Under the pieces are notes generated by a model. The model worked only from the letters and a program-made list of their open reading frames with translations. It searched no databases and was not told the origin of the DNA. A stretch of 64,000 nt of DNA from Elusimicrobiota bacterium (GTDB lineage: Bacteria; Elusimicrobiota; Elusimicrobia; UBA1565; JACRDR01), in the NCBI GenBank assembly GCA_041694815.1, contig JBGFSC010000026.1, positions 1 to 64,000 on the forward strand. Direction: 5' to 3'. The position numbers and the translations under genes were made by a program. Shown here one piece after another: positions 57,692 through 64,000 of the stretch (positions are counted from its first letter, which is position 1; each line of letters opens with the position of its first letter).

Positions 57692-58438
57692 TTAGGCTTT
57701 TACGCCCTTTGAGGGCGTGACTTCGTCGCGCTTCGCGCGACGAAGTTCGAGGTTCAGCCAGAGCAGCCAAGCCTCAAGATCGGCAAAATCTTCGGCCATA
57801 AATTCGGGGGAGGATTTCCGAATCTCTTCCATCTCCCCGAAGCCGCAGGTGACCACCCCTGTGTGGTACCCCGCCTGCTTGCCGGCGGCCACGTCCTTGT
57901 GAGTGTCCCCGATCACGTAGACGTCTCGAGCGGAGACCCGCCTTCCCAAGATTTGAGAGGCGCGCTGGACGGCCGTGCGCAGCACCTTCACCCGCCGGTA
58001 GCCGTCCGAGCCGAAGCCTCCGAAGTGGAAGTGATCGAGCAGGCCCGAGGGCCTGAGCTTGATATGCGCGCCTTCCTTAATGTTGCCCGTTCCCAGCCCG
58101 ATGAGCGCCTTGCGCTCGCGCAAGGCCTTCAAGAAGCGTTTGATGCCGGGAATCAATTCATAGCGCCCGTCCGCGACGGCCTTGTCCACATGCCGCGGCA
58201 ATCGGGCGAGATAGGCCTGCTCGAGCCGCGCCGCTTCCCTCGCGTCCGGCCGCCGCCCGACGGCCTTATGGAAGGCCAGGCGGAAATTGTCCTTGTCCGT
58301 GCGTCCCGCCAGGGAGAATTCCGAGCAGACCTCGCTCACGCCATGCAGTCGCCGCACCGCCTCGTTGAGCGCGCGCCGTCCGGCGCCACCCGCTTTCACG
58401 AGGGTTCCATCGAGGTCGAATAAAATAACTTTTGCCAT
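57692..58438 (-). CDS. HAD family hydrolase
   Basis: FDLDGTL, GRTD, TGN, GGFGSD, VIGDT.KD. Confidence 0.9.
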   Translation of the reverse strand: MAKVILFDLDGTLVKAGGAGRRALNEAVRRLHGVSEVCSEFSLAGRTDKDNFRLAFHKAVGRRPDAREAARLEQAYLARLPRHVDKAVADGRYELIPGIKRFLKALRERKALIGLGTGNIKEGAHIKLRPSGLLDHFHFGGFGSDGYRRVKVLRTAVQRASQILGRRVSARDVYVIGDTHKDVAAGKQAGYHTGVVTCGFGEMEEIRKSSPEFMAEDFADLEAWLLWLNLELRRAKRDEVTPSKGVKA

Positions 58439-58552
58439 CAACGGGAGTCAGCGGATGTACGGACGCTATTGTCTCATATAAGCCAGCAAAGGTGAATAAA
58501 CACAACTAGAATATTTATCTGACCGAAGGCCCGGTATCTCGAATGAGATGCT

Positions 58553-58585
58553 TTTTTAGCGCCGCCAAAATGGCGGCGCTAAAAA
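58553..58585. repeat. perfect 15-bp-stem hairpin, REP-like or bidirectional terminator
   Basis: TTTTTAGCGCCGCCA-AAA-TGGCGGCGCTAAAAA. Confidence 0.75.
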
Positions 58586-58734
58586 CCCTCATGCCTGTGG
58601 CAGGCCCACGAATTAAGCACCTTTAAGGCGCCCATGGTTATCGCCAAATAAGTTAGGTTTTATAATCACTAATTTCTTGAGGGAAAACTTACTGCCATTA
58701 GGTCTTAGAAGCAGGTATGCTGTAGTATTAGCAT

Positions 58735-59865
58735 ATGAATTGGAACAAACTTAGACACTCCGCCTTCCCTCTGCTTGTTATTTTTTGGTCATTTCAACCG
58801 ATTTTCGGCCAAGAGCCTTCCCAGGTTCCGTCTTCCTCAAAGATGCGTCGGGCCATCAACGCCATCCAGGACGTTCTTTCGACTCATGGATTAAGCCTAG
58901 ATTCTGCTCGTTCCAAATCGACGCTAACGGGACGGAAAGTCGAGCGCAGTCCAGAACAGATATTTAAATCCGCTAATCCTTCCTCGAACGCAGCTGATGC
59001 CATACAGTGGCATTTGCCGTTTGGCTTTAATAAAGCCGCACGTCTTATGCTTTATGCGAGAACCTTTGCGAATAGTGACGAAGATGGTATCGACTGTTTT
59101 GAGCAGATTGCTAACTGGAAAGTCTCGCCAAAGTTGCGCGGAATATTGCTTGAAATCTTAGGCTTCGCGGGAAAAGTTGATACCGACGCTGACGCTCGGG
59201 ACTTCGTTACGGTATTGGCCCGGCGCCAAGCAGAGGAGAATAAGCATGCTCGGCAGACGCATCAATCATTGCCGGCCAATCCTTTGCCTGGAGGAGAATA
59301 TTGGGACCTCGCTTCCGTTAACGCGGCGGATTTAATGAGGCAAGATCTCGACCCCGCCACCCGATATCGTTTTTTTGACATCTCATTTTTTGTCGTGGAA
59401 TGTTTAAAAGAAACCGTGCGACATCTAGGTTTGACTAATGTGAGCATTGAGCGGCAGGATATCCGGCATCTAGCACCTCCGACGGGCCCATTGGCCGTGA
59501 TTCGGGCCAAAAATACTGTTAGTTACGTGCCTGATTTTGAGAAGAAGTTGGAGGAAATGGCCAGCTGGCTGCAGGTCGGCGGTCAACTTATCCTGCAATC
59601 GGAAACTGATCCGGATCATCGGGCGATCATTGTAGACTGGCATGCTCCTCTCGCCGAGAAATTAATTAGGGATGGCTGGCGCTTCGAATATCAACTTGTA
59701 GAGGACGACTCCAGGCTAAAGCGTTTTCCGATTCCGCTCGATACCTTGAAGTTCACCAAACCAGGAGTCAATATCGATCGCGCTTCGGTAGCGACGTCAC
59801 AAGCGCTCTGGCAAAAATATTTAGAACGAATTCAGACCGCAGGAGCCGCTGCCAGGCGCAGATAA
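58735..59865 (+). CDS. lower-GC exported hypothetical protein with degenerate class I methyltransferase-like C-terminal half
   Basis: Signal-peptide-like N-terminus; WDLASVNA, FFDIS, QDI, WLQVGGQLIL. Confidence 0.55.
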   Translation: MNWNKLRHSAFPLLVIFWSFQPIFGQEPSQVPSSSKMRRAINAIQDVLSTHGLSLDSARSKSTLTGRKVERSPEQIFKSANPSSNAADAIQWHLPFGFNKAARLMLYARTFANSDEDGIDCFEQIANWKVSPKLRGILLEILGFAGKVDTDADARDFVTVLARRQAEENKHARQTHQSLPANPLPGGEYWDLASVNAADLMRQDLDPATRYRFFDISFFVVECLKETVRHLGLTNVSIERQDIRHLAPPTGPLAVIRAKNTVSYVPDFEKKLEEMASWLQVGGQLILQSETDPDHRAIIVDWHAPLAEKLIRDGWRFEYQLVEDDSRLKRFPIPLDTLKFTKPGVNIDRASVATSQALWQKYLERIQTAGAAARRR

Positions 59866-60593
59866 GAAAAAAACTCCACATTGCCCTTGGCCCCCGTGAC
59901 GGGCGATGACATCACTCCCTCTTCGCGCAATCCGAGCTTGCGGGCCGCCTCGAGCACCTTCTCGACGGCTTCCCGCCGGTGGCGCTCGTCGCGGACTATG
60001 CCCTTCGGGGTTTTCTTGGGCTCCAGCTCGAATTGCGGCTTGATCAGCAGCAGGAGCTCGGCCGGCGCGGCCAGGCAGGAGACGAGCGGGGCGAGAATTT
60101 TCGTCAGCGAGATGAAGGAGACGTCGGCGACTGCCAGATCGGGCGCCGGATCGAACAGTCCGGGACGGAGTTCCTTGGCGTGGAATTTTTCGAGCAGCGA
60201 GACGCGGGGGTCCTTCTTCAGGGATTCGTCGAATTGGCCGTAGCCGACGTCGACGGCGTAGACGCGCCTGGTTCCGCGCTGGAGCAGGCAGTCGGTGAAG
60301 CCCCCCGTCGAGGCGCCGACGTCGAGCGCGACGCGGCCCCCAGGATCGACGCCGAAATGATCCAGCGCCGCGGCGAGCTTAAGCCCCCCGCGCGAGACGA
60401 AGGGCGAGGCCTCGGGCAGCACCTCGATATCGGCGTCGACGGGCAGCTCCAGGCCGGCCTTGGGCGAAGCGACGCCGAGAACGCGGACCTTGCCGGCCAT
60501 GAGGGCCGCCTGCGCCTTGGCCCTGGTGGGGAAAAGCCCGCGGGAGACCAGGAGACGGTCGAGCCGCTCCTTAGCCGAGCGCTGCCTGGCCAT
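59832..60593 (-). CDS. tlyA: TlyA family RNA methyltransferase
   Basis: RLD..L (S4 domain), FVSRGGLKL, DVGASTGGFTD, DVSFISL, IKPQFE. Confidence 0.95.
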   Translation of the reverse strand: MARQRSAKERLDRLLVSRGLFPTRAKAQAALMAGKVRVLGVASPKAGLELPVDADIEVLPEASPFVSRGGLKLAAALDHFGVDPGGRVALDVGASTGGFTDCLLQRGTRRVYAVDVGYGQFDESLKKDPRVSLLEKFHAKELRPGLFDPAPDLAVADVSFISLTKILAPLVSCLAAPAELLLLIKPQFELEPKKTPKGIVRDERHRREAVEKVLEAARKLGLREEGVMSSPVTGAKGNVEFFSYLRLAAAPAV

Positions 60594-60852
60594 CGAGCTC
60601 GGCCAGGGGGCGGGCTCGGATCTTGTCCTTGCCTTCCTTGGTGAGCACCTCGACGCGATGCCGCGCGTCCTCGAGCTTCTGGGTCAGGGCGCGCGAGAGC
60701 GCGACGGCGTCCTCGAAGAGCTTGAGGGAAAGCTCCAAGCCCTTCTCGCCGGACTCCAGCTGGGCGACGATCTCCTCGAGGCGCTCGAGCGATTCCTCAA
60801 AGCTTTCCTTCGTGGCGCTGGAGGGCGCGGCTACGGCCTTCTTAGTTGTCAT
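60571..60852 (-). CDS. xseB: exodeoxyribonuclease VII small subunit
   Basis: SFEESLERLEEIV.QLE.G..LE.SL..FE; follows xseA. Confidence 0.93.
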   Translation of the reverse strand: MTTKKAVAAPSSATKESFEESLERLEEIVAQLESGEKGLELSLKLFEDAVALSRALTQKLEDARHRVEVLTKEGKDKIRARPLAELDGQAALG

Positions 60853-62158
60853 CGGTTTTCAAGACCTCCGCTGTGAACGCCCCTTCGTGCAATCGCACCC
60901 GGACCCGGTCCCTGGGGGAGAGCTGCGCCGAGGACTTGATGGCCCGGCCGTCCTCGCCGAAGGCGATCGAATAGCCTCTCGCCAGGCAGGCGAGCGGGCT
61001 TAAGGCGTTGAGTTTTTGGATCTGCAATTGGGCCGAGGCCTCGGCTTGCCGCAGAAGCCCTAGGGCAGCGGGCCGCAGGCGACGCGATGCGTCCTGGAAG
61101 CGTCGGGCCGACTCTTGAAGAGCCCGCCCGGGCCCCGCCAGCACCCTCGCGGTGAGCTCGTCGACGCGCCGCGCGCGCTCGTCGACGATGCGCTCGGGCC
61201 GCAGCAAGAACGGGCTGCTCTGGTGATGCCGCAGGGTCTCCGACAGCCGGGCTAGAAGCCCCTGCATGGCCGCGGGCAGGCGCTGCTCGTTCTCGCCCAG
61301 CCGTTCGAGCACCTCCCGCTTCTCGCGCACGACCAGCTCGGCGGCGGCCGAGGGGGTCGGGGCGCGCAGGTCGGAGACGAAATCCGCGATGGTGAAATCC
61401 GTCTCGTGCCCGACGCAGGAGATGACCGGGATGCGCGAGGTGGCGATGGCGCGGGCCACGATCTCCTCGTTGAAGGCCCAGAGGTCCTCGAGCGAGCCGC
61501 CGCCGCGGCCGACCAGCAGCACGTCGGTGTCGGGCAGCAGATCGTTGAAATCCTTGATGGCCCCGGCGATCTGCTCCGCCGCGCCGCTGCCCTGCACCAG
61601 CACGGGATAGATGCGGATATGCAGCCCGTCAAAGCGCCTGCCCAGGATATGGAGCATGTCGCGCACGGCCGCGCCTTGCAGCGAGGTGACGATGCCGATG
61701 CGCTCGGGGAAAGCGGGGATGGGCCGCTTGCGCCCCTGGGCGAAGAGACCCTCCTTTTCGAGCTTCGCCTTGAGCTGCTCGAAAGCCAATTGCAGGGCCC
61801 CTTGCGCCTTGGGCGTGATCTGGGAAACGATGAACTGGATCTGGCCCCGCTTCTGGTAGGTCGAGACGCGCCCGCGGGCGAGCACGAGCAGCCCGTGCTC
61901 GAGCTTGAAGCGGACCGCCGCGGCGTCGCCCTTAAACAGCACGGCCGCGATCTGGGAATCGGCGTCCTTTAACGTGAAATAGGTGTGCCCGGAGGGAAAG
62001 GTCTTCGGGTCCGATATCTCGCCCTCCACCCAGAGATCCGTGAACTGGGCCTCGAGCCGGTCATGGATGAGCCGGTTGAGCTGCGAGATGCTGATGGCTA
62101 TGTCACTCGCCTCCCCCGCGGGGAGGCGAGTAGGCGAGGGGGGCAGAATGTTCTTCAT
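60842..62158 (-). CDS. xseA: exodeoxyribonuclease VII large subunit
   Basis: WVEGEIS, SGHTYFTLKD, RGGGSLEDLWAFN, GHETD, RAPTPSAAAE, LSP..LARGY. Confidence 0.96.
   Translation of the reverse strand: MKNILPPSPTRLPAGEASDIAISISQLNRLIHDRLEAQFTDLWVEGEISDPKTFPSGHTYFTLKDADSQIAAVLFKGDAAAVRFKLEHGLLVLARGRVSTYQKRGQIQFIVSQITPKAQGALQLAFEQLKAKLEKEGLFAQGRKRPIPAFPERIGIVTSLQGAAVRDMLHILGRRFDGLHIRIYPVLVQGSGAAEQIAGAIKDFNDLLPDTDVLLVGRGGGSLEDLWAFNEEIVARAIATSRIPVISCVGHETDFTIADFVSDLRAPTPSAAAELVVREKREVLERLGENEQRLPAAMQGLLARLSETLRHHQSSPFLLRPERIVDERARRVDELTARVLAGPGRALQESARRFQDASRRLRPAALGLLRQAEASAQLQIQKLNALSPLACLARGYSIAFGEDGRAIKSSAQLSPRDRVRVRLHEGAFTAEVLKTDDN
62100..62143. repeat. palindromic repeat copy 1, inside the xseA 5' coding region
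   Basis: Core ACTCGCCTCCCC-CGC-GGGGAGGCGAGT; near-identical to 63787-63830. Confidence 0.9.
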
Positions 62159-63492
62159 CGAGTTTTTTGTTTCTCCGAATGTCGTTGCGCGCCCCGCAGC
62201 GCGCGCAGGCGTTCGGCCAGGCGCGCCTCGTCTCCCTGATCGGTGGGCTCGTAGAAGCGCATGGGATCGGGCATGTATTCCTGCGTTACATAATGATCCG
62301 GGAAATCGTGCGGGGTGCGGTAGCCCTCGCCGTGGCCTCGGCTCTTGCGGTCGCCGGAGGCGTCGCGCAGGTGCAGCGGCACCTCGCGGGAGCGCCCGCG
62401 CTGGGCCTCGCCTAAGGCCTTGTCAACGGCGAGATAGGCCGCGTTGGACTTGGGGGCGCAGGCGACGTAGATCGCCGCCTGCGCCAGCGGGATGCGACCC
62501 TCAGGCATGCCGAGGAACTCGACGGCTGCCGCGGCCGCCGAGGCGACGAGCAGCGCGCGGAAATCCGCGTTTCCCACGTCCTCGGAGGCGCAGATGAGTA
62601 TGCGCCGGGCGATGAAGCGCGGGTCCTCGCCGGCCGCGATCATCTTGGCCATCCAGTAGACGGCGGCGTCGGGGTCCGATCCCCGCATCGACTTGATGAA
62701 GGCCGAGATATGGTCGTAGTGATCGTCCGACTTGCGGTCGTAGCGGATGGCGCGGCGCTGTATGGATTGCTCCGCGACGGCAAGCGTGATATGGCGCTTG
62801 CCGTCCATCTCGAGCGGGGTTGTCAAGGCCGCCAGCTCCAGCGCGTTGAGCAGCTTCCTGGCGTCGCCCCCGGCCATGCGGACGAGATGCTCCTTCGCCT
62901 CGGGCTCGATCTCGAGATGGAGCCGGCCGAGGCCGCGCTCCCCGTCGGAGGCGGCGCGAGCCAGGATCGACTCCAGATGCCGATCCTCGAGCGGCTTGAA
63001 CTCGAAGGCCGTAAAGCGCGACAGCAGCGCCGCGTTGACGTAGAAAGAGGGATTCTCGGTGGTCAGGCCGATGAGCAGCACGTCTCCGCGCTCGACGGCG
63101 GGCAAGAGCACGTCCTGCTGGGTGCGGTTGAAATGGTGTATCTCGTCGACGAGAAGCAGGGTCCGGCGCCCGTGCTGCTGGAGGGAGAACTTCGCCGACT
63201 CGAGGGCCTTTTTTAAGTCCGCGACTCCGGCGGCCACGGCGTTGATTTCGACGACCTGGGCGTTGGAGCGCGCGGCGATCATGCGCGCCAAGGCCGTCTT
63301 GCCCGATCCCGGGGGGCCGAAGAAGAGGGCCGAGGCAAAGCGCTGGGCCGAGATCAGCCGGTGCAGCAGCTTGCCCGGCCCCAGCAGATGCTCCTGCCCG
63401 GCGAAATCCTCGAGGCGGGCGGGCGCCATGCGGGCGGCGAGCGGCCGGCTTTGCTCCGGCAGCTCGCCGGAGCCGAAGAGCTCTTCGGGCAT
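62155..63492 (-). CDS. rarA: replication-associated recombination protein A (MgsA)
   Basis: PLAARM.P, GPPGSGKT, VDEIH.FN..QQD, TTENP, SAFIKSMRGSDPDA, ASEDVG. Confidence 0.95.
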   Translation of the reverse strand: MPEELFGSGELPEQSRPLAARMAPARLEDFAGQEHLLGPGKLLHRLISAQRFASALFFGPPGSGKTALARMIAARSNAQVVEINAVAAGVADLKKALESAKFSLQQHGRRTLLLVDEIHHFNRTQQDVLLPAVERGDVLLIGLTTENPSFYVNAALLSRFTAFEFKPLEDRHLESILARAASDGERGLGRLHLEIEPEAKEHLVRMAGGDARKLLNALELAALTTPLEMDGKRHITLAVAEQSIQRRAIRYDRKSDDHYDHISAFIKSMRGSDPDAAVYWMAKMIAAGEDPRFIARRILICASEDVGNADFRALLVASAAAAAVEFLGMPEGRIPLAQAAIYVACAPKSNAAYLAVDKALGEAQRGRSREVPLHLRDASGDRKSRGHGEGYRTPHDFPDHYVTQEYMPDPMRFYEPTDQGDEARLAERLRALRGAQRHSEKQKTR

Positions 63493-63788
63493 CAGCGTGA
63501 GGAGTCGAGCGCGCGCTGGAGCTCCGAGCTAAGCTCCTCGAGCTTGCGGTCTTCGGCCAATCGGAGATTTTCCTGCTGCTGCTTGAGCTTCCAAAACTCC
63601 GCGCCGAAGGCCATGGCGGTGAGCAGCGCCAGCTTGGAGGTGTCGGGCGACTCCGACTCGCGCTCGATCTCGGCCATCTTATCGGAGACGGCCTGGGCGA
63701 GGGAGTGCACCTCGAGCTGGGTCATGCCCTCGATCTCGACGGTGATCTTCCGGCGGCGGATCTCGATCTCGAACTTCTCGTTGATCAT
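63492..63788 (-). CDS. zapA: cell division protein ZapA
   Basis: N-terminal beta-strands, LA..V.DKM.EI, DT.KLALLTAM, C-terminal coiled coil. Confidence 0.8.
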   Translation of the reverse strand: MINEKFEIEIRRRKITVEIEGMTQLEVHSLAQAVSDKMAEIERESESPDTSKLALLTAMAFGAEFWKLKQQQENLRLAEDRKLEELSSELQRALDSSR

Positions 63789-63830
63789 GTCACTTGCCTC
63801 CCCCGCGGGGAGGCAAGTAGCCGAGGGGGC
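63787..63830. repeat. palindromic repeat copy 2, between the zapB-like gene and zapA
   Basis: Core ACTTGCCTCCCC-CGC-GGGGAGGCAAGT. Confidence 0.9.
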
Positions 63831-63840
63831 TCGCCTGTTT

Positions 63841-63999
63841 TCATGAGGTTACCTTATCTAATTTTTGAAGCATCCGCTCCAGCCGCGTCTTGATCCTCTC
63901 CTGCTTGCTCCCGAGGGCGTGGAGGCGCTTTAGCTGCGCCTGGAGCCGGGCGTTCTCCTCGCGCAGCTCGTCGGCCTCCGCCCGCAGCCTCTGATTGTC
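63841..63999 (-). CDS. coiled-coil protein, ZapB-like (5' end outside the window)
   Basis: DNQRLRAEADELREENARLQAQLKRLHALGSKQERIKTRLERMLQKLDKVTS*, upstream of zapA. Confidence 0.6.
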   Translation of the reverse strand, partial: DNQRLRAEADELREENARLQAQLKRLHALGSKQERIKTRLERMLQKLDKVTS

Positions 64000-64000
64000 T

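Overview
GC-rich bacterial chromosome segment, mostly minus-strand operons. The gene style suggests Elusimicrobiota, but that is an unverified impression. Left to right: (1) a decayed BrnT/BrnA toxin-antitoxin (TA) pair; (2) a metK-ahcY-scoA-scoB operon; (3) an accessory patch with a secreted HExxH protein, ParD plus an internally deleted ParE, a secreted AAA-lid-like protein and an FGE/C-type-lectin-fold protein whose C-terminus looks like a diversity-generating retroelement (DGR) target; (4) a ~49 kb surface-glycan region (8.7-57.7 kb) with sugar-nucleotide enzymes, GT-C membrane transferases, a priming transferase, KpsF/GutQ, two TA modules set between duplicated gene ends, a MarR-type regulator, a radical SAM/cytidylyltransferase sugar block, a lower-GC pseudaminic acid/acetamidino block and a MaoC-SDR-FkbH-ACP cassette; (5) tlyA-xseB-xseA-rarA-zapA-zapB. 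The most interesting non-annotated signals are a TGTTCA-N5-TGAACA operator at three glycan promoters, a covarying palindrome embedded in coding sequence at xseA and between zapB and zapA, the A-TA1-B'-A'-TA2-B cassette architecture, and two toxins with central deletions beside intact antitoxins. I found no rRNA, tRNA, CRISPR array, transposase, integrase or reverse transcriptase. Many starts were moved from the ORF track using motif and overlap logic. All family calls come from motif recognition, not database searches.
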